From: Euglena gracilis
Lineage: Eukaryota
Direction of reading: 5' to 3'
DNA length: 64,000 nucleotides
NCBI GenBank assembly: GCA_039621445.1
Contig: CP154954.1
Coordinates: 44,929,847-44,993,846 of the forward strand
Within the stretch, counting starts at the first letter, position 1, and each line of letters opens with the position of its first letter. Under the pieces are notes generated by a model. The model ran no database searches, was not told where the DNA came from, and worked only from the letters and a program-made list of their open reading frames with translations. This document shows positions 25,683-39,543 of this stretch, piece after piece. The position numbers and the translations under genes were made by a program.

Positions 25683-26757
25683 CAGGGGGGGAAATGCGCT
25701 GCGCATTTTTCCGCATTTTTGCGCATTTTTTGCGCATTTTTGTCAGTTTTTCAAAACTGCGCATTTTTGCGCATTTTTTGCACATCCCCCCCCCCATGTT
25801 TGCACATTCTCCATTTTTGGGGGGGTATTTTTTGTGCATTTTTTGCCCAATTTTGCACATTTTCATTTTTGCACATTTTCCACCCAAATCACATGCTCAC
25901 CGAATTTTGCCCACGTTCAACTGACCCATTTCTGTTACCAACGAACCCATTTTCGCATTTTTTTTCCACCCAAGGGACCCGCCTCAAGAGAAAACCCTTG
26001 GGTGATGAGGTGTGGGTATTCATCCAATGACGATGAGGACACTAGGGGTTTCAGATTTGTCACCCCCCTAATAGTCGCCCCCCCCCCCCTTGGGGGGCGA
26101 CAATTAGGGGGGGGGTTACCCATGGACCCATGGACATGTAGGGTAAATTGAGTAACGTGACCCCCCCCTATTTGTCCCCCCCCCCCCTAATTGGCCAGAG
26201 CCCAGGTGGCCAATTAGGGGGGGGTTACTCATTGCAAGGGAAAATGCCTTTATTCGGGTGTTTACGGGGGTTCGCGGCTATGAAGGACGGGGTCCAGGTG
26301 GCCAATTAGGGGGGGGGGGGTTAGGGGTAACCCCCCCCTAATTGTCCCCCCCCCCTAATTGGCCAGAAGGGGGGTCCGGGCCGCCCGGAGGGCGGCCAAA
26401 TAGGGGGGGGGGGGTGTTGGTAACCCCCCCCTAATTGTCACCCCCCCCTAATTGTCGCCGGGGGGTCAAAACGCTCCCGGGGGGGCTGCCCTGGTCACAA
26501 GTAAGGGGCACCATGGCTGACATTGTTGGTTATGGTGAACGGAGAGTGACGCCTTGGTCATGCATTTTTTGGCCAAAATGCCTTCATTTCACCTCTTTTT
26601 GATGTTTTTGGTTTAATTTTGGGTTTACTGTTGGAAATTTTTCTAAGTCCTTTTTCCCTTAGGAATATCACAAACTCAGCGCATTTTTTGCGCATTTTTT
26701 TTGCGCATTTTTGCGCATTTTTTTCCGAGGGCCGTCCAGCGCATCCCCCCCCCCCTG
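25683..26757. mobile_element. MITE (CAGGGGGGGAAATGCG...CGCATCCCCCCCCCCCTG) with TGCGCATTTTT repeats and a nested insert
   Basis: Terminal inverted repeats; GTTGGT on both flanks; related copy at 39078-39543. Confidence 0.6.
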
Positions 26758-28030
26758 GTTGGTGGAGGTTGGCACGACTGACGAGGATTTTCTGTGCTGT
26801 GGTAAGGGTCATGGAGGAGTTTCAACCCATACAAAAATCGGGTCTCGAAAAAACAAAGAATATCTCGGCATTTTTCGTCCAACAAAATCAAATAAAAAAA
26901 ATGAGAATCACAAAAATACCCAAAATCCTTCAAAAGAAACCCTCGAAAACAACATGCAATGCAAATTCATTCATAATTACACCTAACGCCTGAAATTTTT
27001 GCATTCACACCGTATATTTTTGAACTTCCGGGCAATTTTTTTGCATTTTATCTCAAAATTTTGCACATGCCAACAATTTGTTTGCATTTTATCTCAAAAA
27101 TGTTTGCATTTTATTCCAAAAATATTTTGCCTTTGCTCCGAAAAAAATATTTTGCCTTTGCTTTCAGTTTTTTTTTTTCAATCATGTTCTTTTATGGGGC
27201 AAATATATTCACCAAAAGCTCGTTCTATAACGGAGGTTCGGCAGCCACCCCCCCCCCTGGTGGTCGGACCCCCTCGGCACGGCAAAATTGGGACCCGGGT
27301 CGCATGGCAATCAAAAATGAAAACAATGAAAATTGACAGGTTCCCCCTCACCATCCCAGTTACAACCCTTTGTTGTGGTTGCTCAGGGTTTTAAATGCAA
27401 GGTCAGATTTGGTCTGTTGATTCAAGTTGATACCAGGGAGGATGGGTGGTGAACAAGCCATTGCTTCTTGACCCCAGGAAACAATGGCGCTTTTTTGGCG
27501 TATGGATTTGACCCAAAATATGTCCCATTGGCAAAAGAGATTGCGCAAGTAGGACAGAATTTCGTGGTAAAAAAGGGGGGAGGGGAAACGTGAAATTTTT
27601 GTGGAAGAAAACCCCCAAAAAACAAAAAATAATTGTCCTCACCCCACCTTCCATTTGGACAACCAAACCCCTTTTTGTCACCTTCATACCCAAAAAATGG
27701 CCAAAAATTTTGTCCCCTAAAAAATAGTGCCCAAAATTGGTGCATTTCCACATCCAAAACAGAATTTTTTTGGGCCATTTTTTCAAAAATTTCCCAAAAT
27801 GTATCCCAAAAAAATGTGATGGTCAAGAAAATCCTAACAAAATTCCCTTTCAAAAATAAAAAAATGACCAATTTCGGACATAAAAATCACCCAAAAATGC
27901 CCATTTTTGGACCAAAAAGCTTTTTTTTTGTTCAAAAATGGCCCAAAAATGACCAAAAATAGCCACTTTTTTTGACCTGAAAATCACCGATTTCAGGATG
28001 CGTGCCGCCCTTCTCGTGATGGGATGCAAC

Positions 28031-28329
28031 CAGGCTTGTGCTTAGTCGGGTGCCTACCCCACGGGGGGGGGGGTGCTAGGGGCAGGCACCCCATAGCACC
28101 CGATCCGACCCCCCCGGGGGGGGGGGGTAGGGTTTTGGGGGGTGCCTGCCCCTAGCAGGCACCCCCCCTCCGACCCCGGCGCCGAAGGCCCGGAAAAGGC
28201 CATTTTCAATGAAAATTTTCTGAGTCCGGCCCGGACCCCTATCCCCCCCAGGGGGGGGTGCCTGCTAGGGGCAGGCACCCTACAGCACCCACCCCCCCTC
28301 CCCCCCCCCGGTCGGTAAGCACAAGCATG
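28031..28329. mobile_element. hAT-type MITE with perfect 8-bp TSD GATGCAAC
   Basis: TIR CAGGCTTGTGCTTA / TAAGCACAAGCATG; TSD at 28023-28030 and 28330-28337. Confidence 0.9.
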
Positions 28330-28950
28330 GATGCAACATCATGGATGCAGCCTCCCGATCCAAAATGACCCCCCCGTGACCCCCCCCGTGACCCCCCCGT
28401 GACCCGCACCACCCCCAAAATTTCACAGAATGCCGAATGATAGTCAATGTTTTCATTTTAAACACTCAATTTTTTGAGTTTTTTTTTAATTTTTTTTTTA
28501 CATCTGTCTCGGGAGGGTTGGAAGTGGGGGGGAGGGGGGGTCCCAGGAATGGGGGGGTTGGAACTGTACAGGGGGGGGGTCCCAAGGTTTGACCAACTGT
28601 ACTGCCTTGTCTCCAATGGTGTGGTTTGTAAGCAATGGTATGGTCTGGATGGAGATGTCCAGCTCGAAGGTAGAATGGGCAGAAGGCTGTATTTTGATGT
28701 TTGAAATTTCACAAAACCTGTTTTGAATATCGGAGTGCTGCATTTTGGGGGGAGGAAAAAGGCCAGCAAAACATGGCCAGAAGCCACAAGAGAAAATTTG
28801 TCATAAAATTTCATCTTTACAAAGAAACAAACACGGAATCATACGCGGACTTTCACCATGCCCCCCCATATAAGACCCCCCCTTGGATTTTGGCTCCCGA
28901 GGGAGGTCTTATATGGGAGGGGCATGGTATTCATCAGGAAGCCTGCCAGC

Positions 28951-29043
28951 AAGGGGCCAATGCAGGCAGCCCCCTCCCTCCCGTCCATCACGACGCTCCC
29001 TGATCAATTTGACTGGCGGGCAGCGGTGCTGGACCAATCGGGG
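28951..29043 (+). CDS. Gene A exon: start of mature papain domain
   Basis: KGPMQAAPSLPSITTLPDQFDWRAAVLDQSG; the next intron has ACA-CAGCACAGGGC pairing with GCCCTATGCTG-GTGCC. Confidence 0.85.
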
Positions 29044-30642
29044 ACACAGCACAGGGCAAACTACTTTCCTCTCTTTTGGATTGCCGAGGACAATAGTCTT
29101 CCACTGTCGCTGACGGCTCCCATTCAAGGGTTCCGGGGGAGCGTAATTGGGGAGGAACCTGTACACATTTTTTGTTGTTAGGTTGTTAAGGAGTATAAAA
29201 CGATCGCAGCAGTGGATGTGAATTTGGCCACAAGGTGGTCACGAAGGGGTCCTCAGGGGGTGGGGCACTGTTTTCAAAATCACCCATTCTATTCAAAAAA
29301 AATGAAACCCACAATGGCAGGCATTAATTTGCAATTTGGCGTTGTAAAGGAAAAGGGATCTTGTTATTTTGGTTCTGGGAGGTCTGCCCCCAAGACGAGG
29401 CCCAGGGCCGAGTAAATAAAAAAAAATGACGCCAAAAATAGTTTGTGTGGGGGGAATTTGGGGGGGGTGGAGGTATGCAACTTCTTGTCATTTGTAGAGC
29501 AATTTTGCTGTGCAATTTCCAAAAAAAATGGAAAGGAAAAATATGGGAAAAATGCGGGTTTTACCAAATTATTCATTATGATGAAAAACGTGCAAATTAT
29601 GCCAAAAATGTCATTTTTCAACATTTTGGTTTGTGTACCCCCCCCCTCATGTGGAAATGGGGGTTTCGATATGCTATTTGGCTGATTATGTTGCAAAAAA
29701 TGGTGCAGTGGAGCCCCTACTGCACATTTTTGGAGTAACCCTGCCTCCCACCCCAATAATGATATACCCGGGGGGGGGGTATATTGTTTGGGCAATTTTT
29801 TCAAATTCAAACAGACCTGCCCAAAGGGCACATTTTTACATAATCTTTTCCCACATTTTTGACACTTTGTTTTAGCACTTTTTTTGCACATTCCATGTTT
29901 TGAGAGATGCAGTCGGGGGACCCCGGATCCCCAAGGGGGTGGTTCGGGTCACGGGGGGGGGTCACACATTTTCATCACACATCACACACGGGGGGGAACA
30001 CCACATTTTTGGTGGCAAAATTAGGGATCGCCGAACCTGAATTTTTGGGGAAAAAATCCAAAAATTAGGAATCCCCACACCTGAAATTAGGATTTTGACA
30101 CCAAATTAGAAATCACCAAGCCCAAATTTGAAAAATCTACGTCTCAAAACTAGGAATCTGCCTGAGAATTTTATCGAATTTGGCATCCCTGGCCAAAAAT
30201 TTTCCCTACAAAATTTCGCCGAAAAGGGTCCTTGTTCGGATCACCGGGGGGGGGGGGGTCACGGGGGGGGGTCATGGGGGGAACACCCCCCAAGGGGAGA
30301 TGTCCAGCCAGTGGATTTTTTTTTGAAGTGGCTGATAAAGTATAAAATGGCTAACTAGTGGACCCCCCCCGGCACTTTTCTGGAACACAAATTCAAGAAA
30401 ATTCAGCCGAGACACTTCAAAATTGTGTCAGATCTTCTTCCCAGCCATGGCTTCGAATGTTTTCCCCTATGCAATATGAGAGATCCAATTCTGGGTGTGG
30501 CAACAACAAGGGGGGGGGCACCTTTTTTGCAGTATTTCTGGCAATTTTCAACCTGTGTTGGGAAAAAAATTCGTTCAAAAAATACGCATTTCGGACTATT
30601 TTCCCCCTTGTGACCTCACTGGCCGAGCCCTATGCTGGTGCC

Positions 30643-30786
30643 GCCGTCCCCCCGGTCCGGGACCAGGGGGAGTGCGGCTCCTGCTGGGCGTTCGCCACAG
30701 TGGGGGCACTGGAGTGGGCGCTGCAGATCACGGCGGGGGTGGCGGAGGACCTGTCGGAGCAGTTTCTCGTGTCGTGCGCCCGGAAG
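30643..30786 (+). CDS. Gene A exon with oxyanion Gln and catalytic Cys (3' end approximate)
   Basis: [48 protein letters not shown]; Cys codon at 30682-30684. Confidence 0.92.
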
Positions 30787-31731
30787 TACAAGGGCGGGGG
30801 CCAGCTTTGGCAGACAAGAAGAGAAGAAGAAGAACTTCTCGCCTTTCGTTCCATGCTGTTGTGCCTGCGTTGACTGGACCCCAAGCCAATATCCAGCAAT
30901 GCGGGGGGGGGGGGATCGTGACCCACAGAAAATGGCATTTACACCTAACGCCTGAATTTTTTAGCATTTCACACCGTATATTTTTTGCACTTCTGGTCAA
31001 TTTTTTTTGCAATTTATCTCAAAGTTTGCACATGCCACCAATTTGTTTGCATTTTATCTCAAAAATATTTGCACCTTTTCCCAAAAATATTTGCCCCTGT
31101 TCTGAAACTTTTTGCACTTGGATCGAGTGTTTTGCAATTTTTTCGGAACAAGTGCAAATACTTTTGGGGCACAGTGCAAAGATTTTTGAGACCTTTGGGC
31201 AATTTTTTTTTGAGGGCACTGGGCAAAAGTTTTGTCCGGTTGGGGCAATTATTTTTGCCAGTTGTGGGCAAACATTTCAGACGCTAGGTGTAAGAGCTGT
31301 TTCTTTGTTTGAAAAAGAATTAAAAGCTATTATTTCATTTCAAAAGCTGTTTCTTTGGTCGTTTGCAATTTGTGTGGTGGCAGTTTTTTTTCCCCTGATA
31401 CTCCCAATTTTTCACGGTTTTTTCCCCTTCCTTTCAGTTTTTCAACTCTGCAATACACTTGGGCTGGAAAATGCAATGAGTTCTGGCCATTTGCAGAATG
31501 AGTTGATTTCTTGATGAACCTGTATTAAAGACTGAAGACATTGTTCAAAAGGAACCATTCTTTCTCATGAGCTTTTGCACATACTTGATACCATTTTTTT
31601 TTCTTCAGCAATGCTGTTATTTTTATTCCAGGTTTTTTTGCAGTTCTTGTATCCTCTGACACTAATCCCCCCTGTCTTTTTTTGTTCCTTTTGTACCTTT
31701 CAACATGCAAAACACACCCCATTCTGACACG

Positions 31732-31827
31732 TACCATTACGGTGGGGATTGGGGCTGCGGTGGTGGTTCCTTCGCCCACGACGTCCACATCAACCCCGGC
31801 GCCTACTCTGAGACTGAATATCCCTAC
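31732..31827 (+). CDS. Gene A exon (GCGGG ... YPY)
   Basis: YHYGGDWGCGGGSFAHDVHINPGAYSETEYPY; boundaries approximate. Confidence 0.85.
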
Positions 31828-32104
31828 GTGAGCCACATGGGGTGGACTGGGCAGGCAAAAAAAATATGGAAACATTCATCCCTGCCTTTAATTGGGGAGC
31901 CCAGCCCTGACCTTTCCATCATCAGGTTTTCTCATCGGTTTGTTGGGTTATTATTTTGAGAATTTCCATATCTTCTCATCGGTTTGTTCGGCTATTATTT
32001 TGAGAATTTCAACATTTCACCCCAAAATGGTCGTTGTGCAAGGTGGGTGGTGGCAGTTTTGGGGCCCCGGATACTCCCAATTTTTACGGTTGTGTCCCCG
32101 GCCG

Positions 32105-32320
<216 letters not shown>

Positions 32321-32373
32321 TCCACCGAAATGGCCCAAAAACAAATGAGTCGAAACCGGTCAAATGTACAATA

Positions 32374-32676
32374 CAGGCTTCGTTTCAAGGAAGTGGACAC
32401 CCCCGGGGGGGGGGGTGCTATGGGCAGGTGGGGGGGGGCAGGACACCTTCGACCCCCCTAGTTGTTTTGACCCTAGGCTTTTGGGGTATGTAGTGCTGCA
32501 GCACACCCCCCGGCACCCAAGATGCCAGGAGCCTGAAAATGGCCATTTCCAATGGAATATCGGCTTGGTTGGCAGGCACCGTGGTCCAAAACCGACCCCC
32601 CCCCCCAGGGGGTGTGCCTGCTATGGGGCACCCATAGCAGGCACCCTTCCTGCCGGGGTTGGTAAAATGAAGCCTG
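32374..32676. mobile_element. MITE related to 28031-28329, degenerate 8-bp TSD (GTACAATA / GTACAGTG)
   Basis: Ends CAGGCTTCGTTT / AAATGAAGCCTG; shared GGTGCCTGC/GCAGGCACC motifs. Confidence 0.75.
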
Positions 32677-32905
32677 GTACAGTGTTTGTCAGAAGCTGCT
32701 TCATTTTTGCCCGAAGAGTCTCTTTTGCTGTTCTGTCCCGCTGTCCCCATGGCAGGCCAAGACTCAAGTGCATACCCCTAGCCCTGGATGAAAGCCTCCT
32801 GGGGCGCACAAGGGCATTCCCATTTTGGGGTTTTCCCTTCCCCCTGTCCACACGCTCCCTTTGCACCTTGCCCAACAACCCACCCCGTGGTCTCCCAACC
32901 GACCC

Positions 32906-33089
32906 CGCCGGCGAGACACCGAGTGCGACACGGGCCGCGCCACCGTCGTGGCGAAGCTCACCCGGTGGCAGTTTGTACCCCTGCCGGACCGGCCGGAGGA
33001 CCAGGTGGCGGCCATCAAGACCGCGCTGTGGACGGGGGGCCCCGTGGCGGTCGGCGTGGCGGCCGGCCCCCAGTTCCAGGCGTACACTG
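32906..33089 (+). CDS. Gene A exon (GPVAV ... FQAYT; 5' end approximate)
   Basis: RDTECDTGRATVVAKLTRWQFVPLPDRPEDQVAAIKTALWTGGPVAVGVAAGPQFQAYT-G. Confidence 0.88.
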
Positions 33090-34260
33090 GGCCAGGGAAC
33101 CCCAGCAGGTCCCCCCCCACGGGTTGGGGGGCGGTCGGACACCTTAACCCCTGCCGCTCCTCCTCCATGCCCTGCCTAGGGTTGCAGGGGTTAGCTTGGC
33201 TGCTGGCTCTTTCCCCCAAATGACTTTGCCCCTGGACGGATCTTTTTAGCCCCTACCCCCTGCAAAGTTATGTGAGCCAAAACCAACGTGGCCCATTGGC
33301 CACTTTTCCTAAAAGAAGTTTGCTGTCACATGACGTTTTTTAATAAATACCCCCCCCCCTATGTCCAACGACCCCCCTATGTCCAATGACCACCCCCCCG
33401 GTCGGAGGACACCTTTTCGGAGGTTTGACCAAATTTTTGGTCCCGGCGCGAAGCGCCGGGACGAAAAATTTTGCCCAAAAATTGGCCAAAAATTTGGCCA
33501 AAATGCCATTTTTGACACTTTTTGGACAAAAATTTGTCAAAATTGCCCAAAATTTTTGGCGCGAAGCGCCGGAAGGGAAAATTGGGGCATTTTTGGGTGG
33601 TTAGGGACCCGGGTGCCCACCAACGTTTTTCTGACCCCCATCTCCAACGACCACCCCCGCGGACGGCCTGGTCGCCACTTTGCCCCTGGACGGATTCTTT
33701 TTAGCCCCTACCCCCTGCCAAAAAACAACGTGGCCGATTGGCCACTACCCTATGTCCAACGACCACCCCCCCGGTCGGAGGACAGAGGTTACTGGTCGTT
33801 GGACATAGGGGGGGGGTAATTCCGACATAATTCTCTGCTTCTCTTCGTTGGACAACAGAACACAACGATGTTTCAGACCATTTTTGCTCTTACCACCATC
33901 TGATTTTCAAAAATGATCATATTTCGTCACGTTTTTTTTTCTCCACCAAAGTTATTTGGCGGTTATCTGTGGAGGATTGATGCAAATCCTTGAGGTTCCG
34001 TGTTGGTATTACACAGATGCTGGAATTGAAATGCCTTTTGTCAATAGTGTACTTTGTGGACCGGAACTTATGATGAAAAGAGTATCCTGTCGGTGGGCAT
34101 GCTCTCTCTCCATTGCTCAGCCCACCGCCAAATTGCGTGTTCCAGTGCCCAAGGCTTTTTTCCTTTTCCCCCCCCAAAGTTTTCCAAATGTGAATCACAA
34201 TCATATAGTCAAGCAAACACCCTCCCCTTGAAAATATGCTTCTGCAACGTCCCTGCATCC

Positions 34261-34281
34261 GAGGCATCTTCAATTACATGG
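34261..34281 (+). CDS. Gene A micro-exon (GGIFNYM)
   Basis: The upstream intron GGC-CAGGGA...TCCCTG-CATCC joins YT-G to GIFNYM in frame. Confidence 0.8.
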
Positions 34282-34603
34282 ACCCAGGAGAGGTTGCTCG
34301 GCGTCGTGTTACACAACAATAAAAAAAATATTTTCACAGTTCCATTGGAGGAAAGTGGTAGGGAAATTGGTCGATTTTTCTCACCACGGGTCCTGAAAAA
34401 AATCAAACTTGCAAAAATGCGGAAACGGCTGAAGAAAGCAGAGATTGGGAAACGCCCCGCATACACAAGCGAAAACGATTTTTTAACTCATATTTGCCAA
34501 TGATCCAGAAGTTTGACAACCCTGGAGGGTATGTTTTGTATAGCTGAGAGTCCATAATATCAACTCCCACCAGAAATCAACCTGTTGTCAGTAACGTTGC
34601 CAG

Positions 34604-34687
34604 ACGACGCTGCCGACAACCACGCAGTGCTCCTGGTGGGATGGGGGTCTGAGGGCGGCGTGGGCTATTGGCTGCTGCGCAATTCCT
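34604..34687 (+). CDS. Gene A exon with catalytic His and Asn (5' end may be 34591)
   Basis: [28 protein letters not shown]. Confidence 0.9.
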
Positions 34688-35723
34688 GCACAGGGAGGAT
34701 TCAGGCCGGTGCCGATGGGAATTTTCCAGGATGTTCAGGAACAGATGGGAAGCCGTTTGGCTTTGAGGTTGGTGGTTGAGGAGGCCCGGACCACCCCCTC
34801 CCCCCTCCTGGGGAGGTGAGGTGGTAGGGGTCCGGACCCCAGATGTTGATGGGGTTGTCCACCCCCTCCATCCCTCCTCCTTGACAGGTTCCAAAAAGAG
34901 CAAATCTTTCCTCTGGCGCTGCGCACCGGAAAATGAACAAATAATCAAATAACAACAAGTTATAAAAAAAAATAACAGATGACGCCCTTTCACTTCACTT
35001 TTGAGCAATTCTGCATTTTTTTTATATGTTGGTGTTTTCCGCATAAAATGTCTTCATATTTTTTTTAATTGAGCTTATTTGGATTTATTCTTCAAGGAAT
35101 TAAGGAGTTTGGCCTGGTATTTGGGCTGGTATGGACGCCCTTTGCCGTCCATGAAACCGAAAAATTTCCTGGCCCCCTGCAGTTTCAAGGTAGGAGGGGC
35201 GTCCGACCCCCCCCTCGGTGTTGGACGGGGGGTTCTGGACCTGGATTTAATTTGGCAACCATTCCTGTTTTTGATTTGTTAGCACTGTTCTAAGTTTTAA
35301 AAATGGATGCAACCCGGGACACAGGGGGGGGGACGCGGGGGGGGGGATACGGGGAGAAAACCCCCAGGAGCATGGCGGGGTAATGCCTCAGATCAGAGGG
35401 CAAAAATAACAAGGGCACTGAGGTACGGAACGATGAAATGGGCAAGTAACAGTAACAAGATATGACAAAGGAAGCCAAAATTTTTGATCAACCCAAAAAC
35501 CTCCGAATATTTCCCCCCCTTAATTTCAGGTGCTGTCATCTACGTTGCTTCTCACAGGAATTTGCTTTTTTCAAAAAAAGAAAACCCCTTCTCTGGCACC
35601 ACAGCCCATGAATTTCTCAAAACGGCAGCCTGGCAGCTGTCCCGGCATTGGGGTCGTCCCTCACCCAAGGTTTCCGCCACCCTCTCCCCCTGTGTCTCCC
35701 TCCACGTGCCCCTTCCTGGCGTT

Positions 35724-35816
35724 GGGGCAAGGGGTGGGGGGAAGGGGGCTACATGCGGATCAAGTACGGCTGCAGCCAGGTCGGTGCATTTGCCAACTAC
35801 GTAGTGGATCCGCATG
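35724..35816 (+). CDS. Gene A exon ending the papain domain
   Basis: WGKGWGEGGYMRIKYGCSQVGAFANYVVDPH; upstream intron GCA-CAGGGAGG...CCTTCCTG-GCGTT; followed by a GT donor (GTGTGC). Confidence 0.9.
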
Positions 35817-35949
35817 GTGTGCCCCCTCCACCCCACCTCACCCCGCTTGTTCCGCTTGTTAAATACGAAAGAAACTTGGGGATGTTCCATTGTTCTAATG
35901 TCCCATTGCTCGATGCGAGTGGATGGACTTCAGCACATAGCACAGTAAA

Positions 35950-36480
35950 TATATTCATATTCGTATTCATATTCATATTGTTTTGTATTGTATTGTACTG
36001 TATTGTATTGCATTGCATTGCATTGATACCATATTATACATTCACATATGTATTATGTTGTATTATGTTATATTCATATTACATTACATTATACTATATG
36101 TAACAAATTTATATTGTATTGTATTGCATTGCATTGCATTATATTATATTTATATTACATTATATTATATCATAGTGTATTACATTATATTGTAAAATCT
36201 TATCTTATCTTATCTTATCTTATCTTATCTTATCTTATATTACATTATATTGTATTGTATTGTATTATATTATGTTATGTTTATTATATCATATCACATC
36301 ACATCATATCATATCACATCATATCATATCATATTGTGTTGTATTGTGTTGTATTGTATTGTATTGTATTGTATTGTATTGTATTGTATTGTATTGTATT
36401 GTATTGTATTGTATTGTATCGTATTGTATCGTATTGTATCGTATTGTATTGTATTGTACCGGTTGTATTGTTTTGCATTG
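35950..36480. repeat. (TATTG)n / (TCTTA)n / (ATATC)n pentanucleotide microsatellite complex
   Basis: Visible tandem 5-mers inside the GT-AG intron of gene A. Confidence 0.95.
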
Positions 36481-36610
36481 TATCGGTGTGGATGCATCCT
36501 TCAGGTCAATATTTCCCTCTGGCGCAGAAGGAATTTTGTGCTGTGGTGAGGTGTAGGGGGTCCGACCCCCCCCCCCAGGTGCTCTCATCCTGCCCTGCCT
36601 GACCCCCCAG

Positions 36611-36950
36611 TTCCTCCTCCCCTGCAGTTGTCCGAGGGTCCACACCACGCCGATGCCCCGGAGGCCACTGCCCCATTGGGCGGGGATGCCCTCTGTCTGA
36701 GCCCGCCCCTCCCCTCCTGGCCCGTCCCGCGTCGCCCTCCCCCGTCCTGCGACCCAGTGGGTTGGGGGGGGGGGGGGCTGGGCCGCTGACCAGTTGCCCC
36801 CCCCACCACGGCCAGTGTTGCCGTCGGCCACCCCGCCCAGGGACCCCCCCGGCACCGTGGACAGCGTGGAGAGCAGTTCCAGCAGTTCCAGCAGCTCCAG
36901 CAGCGAGGACGGTCCACAGCAGCCTGTGAGGAGCGTACCAAGCGGTGCCA
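36611..36950 (+). CDS. Putative gene A Pro/Ser-rich post-catalytic exon(s)
   Basis: An AG acceptor at 36609-36610 gives VPPPLQLSEGPHHADAPEATAP in frame; GC-rich; later junctions unresolved. Confidence 0.45.
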
Positions 36951-36965
36951 CTTGCCCCCTCTTCC

Positions 36966-37255
36966 CAGGCTTCTTTTTAAGTCACCTGACCCCCCCCCCC
37001 CCCCCCCCCCGGGGGGGGGGGGGGGGGGGGGGGGGGCCGGGCCGGCCCCCCCGGGGGGGGGGGGGGTCCCGCGCCGGAGGCGCTGGGTATACCTTTTCGG
37101 CGCAAAGCGCCGAAAATTTTTGAAAATTGCCTTTAACGGGCCCGATTTTGGGGGGAGTCCCCGCCCCCCCCCCCCGGGGGGGGGCCCCGCGCCACCCTGG
37201 GTGGGTGGGGGGGGGACCCCCCCCTCCCCCCCCGGGGGTCTTAAAAAGAAGCCTG
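36966..37255. mobile_element. hAT-type MITE with perfect 8-bp TSD CCTCTTCC
   Basis: TIR CAGGCTTCTTTTTAAG / CTTAAAAAGAAGCCTG; related copies near 37850, 45637 and 59770. Confidence 0.9.
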
Positions 37256-38371
37256 CCTCTTCCCTGTTTCCGGGGGGGGTCTGACCGAGAACAATTGCCA
37301 ACGGTAAAATTTCTGTCAGGGAACAAATTAGACGAATCCTTAAAATTCCGGGAGAAATTCTGAACGCTCGCTTAAAACGGCTGGGAAAGAATTCTGGATG
37401 AAAATATCTCGTAAACCCATTTTCTCAGGAAAATACAAATGAATTTAGCCCAAATCCCGATGTTTTCCAAAATTCAAAAATTGGTAAAAATCCCAAGTTT
37501 CAAATTGTATAATAAAAGCAAAGAAGGATCAATGCTCTGAACGAATGATTTGGAATAATGATGCATTCCAGCGAAGCTCCAGAGAAAATTTCTGGGCGGT
37601 AATTGGAGGCAATTGGAGTTGCTTAAATTTGCGGGGAAAAATCCTGGACAGATTCTTAAAATGGCAGGAAACATCCTGGACAAGATTTTGTCCAGAATTT
37701 TTCCCACCACAATTTTTCCCGTTCAAGTCCCCCCGGCACTTGCCAGTTCCCCGTCGTTTTTTCATGGCCCAACTTCGTGAGGTCAAGAGTCAGATAATTT
37801 CTTTAGTCAATCTGCAGTTAGTTTTTGTGTTCCTGGCCATGTGACGAGGCTTCTTTTGACTCAGAAGACCCCCCTCCCCAGGGGTGTAGGGGTGTGGGCC
37901 GCAGGTCCGGGTATGGGTTTCGGCGCGAAGTGCTGAAAAAAAATATTCAAAAATACCTTTAGACGGTCCGGTTTTCCGTGCGGTCAGTGTCGACTGCTCC
38001 CCGGGGGTCCCATGCTGGGTTGGGTGGGTGGGAGGGGACATCCGGGGATGCAACACCCCTTTTCCCCAGGAGAGGCCCAAACCCACCATTCTTCAAACCC
38101 ACCATTCTCCCCGAGGTTAGGTAGTGGGGTCTCGGACAGGTATTTTTTTTATGTTTTTGTATTTTTTTTTAAGTTTGGGTCAGCACAGTCATTCAGGTTG
38201 TTTTGTTGGTGGTTCTGGGCTGGTTGAATTGGTCGGTGGACCTCCAGTGGCAAGGGGGATTGTGGTGGGCAGATTTCAAACAAATGGGTCGTTTGGTGTG
38301 GGAAATCATGCCCATCCCCCATCCTCTGGGGTCACCGAGTGGTTCAATGTTTCCAGTGCACAGTGCGTGTG

Positions 38372-38644
<273 letters not shown>

Positions 38645-39077
38645 GCGACCTCCAAAATGTTCTCCATCGGTTTCTTTGTCATCATTATCAATCATGACTG
38701 ACTCCGTTTGGCCCCTCCCGGCCCAGTGACCACAGTTCTCCCCGTTTTTCCGGACCAGAGCTCAGGTCTGCCGGATGTTGAGGGGATGCGGTCGGCCACC
38801 GGTGCCTGCACCCCGCCACGCCGTCCTCAGGCTTTCCCCAACGGCGACTCGGGGCTCAGACCGCCGCCGCCAGCCCCGAAGGCGATGACGCGGAAGACAG
38901 TTCCCCAGGCAGCGGCAGCCGCCAGGCAGCAATTCCAGCCCGAGTTTTTTTTTCCATGGAGGTGGGGGCTTCTCACAGACACCGTTGCAAACGATGTTGA
39001 AAGCAGGACAAGGTTTAACCTCCAAATATAAGCAACCCCTCTCTCTTTGCAACCCCAAAATGCAAGCAAACCCTTTG

Positions 39078-39543
39078 CAGGGGGGGAATGCGTTTCGCAT
39101 TTTTTCGCATTTTTCCGCATTTTTTGTGCAATTTTAAATTTTCCAGAAATGCACATTGTTGCACAAATTTTCCAGAAATGCACACATTGTTGCGTGGTTT
39201 TTTTCCCAGCGCCTTTTTTACTGTTCAGCACATTTTTTCTTGATTCAACAATTTTCTTCGCATTTTTTTTGACATTTTTGCGATTTTTTTTTGCATTTCT
39301 TTGAGATTTTCTAAAAAATTTGAAACTTGCACTTTCCACGTATTTCCATTTAATTGTTGTAAATCTGATTCAGTTTGTGCATGTGTTTGGGCAATTTTTC
39401 ATTTTCGTGATTTTTGCGATTTTTTTCCACTCAAAGTTTGCACATTTTTGACAGAAGGCGCGCATTTTTGTGCATGTTTTGCGCATTTTTTTTACGCATT
39501 TTTGCGCATTTTTTCGAGGCAGGTTATCGCGTTTCCCCCCTTG
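39078..39543. mobile_element. MITE of the CAGGGGGGGAATGCG family
   Basis: Imperfect TIR; CCTTTG on both flanks. Confidence 0.55.

Noticed and set aside
27998-28027. MRAALLVMGC as the signal-peptide exon of gene A
   Set aside because: The following CAG is a MITE TIR with its own TSD, and the homologous propeptide exon lies upstream at 25268-25408
32651-32912. Intron starting at 32651 (CGGGGTTGGT pairing with ACCGACCCCG)
   Set aside because: The 5' arm lies inside MITE 32374-32676 with no plausible upstream exon; probably coincidental
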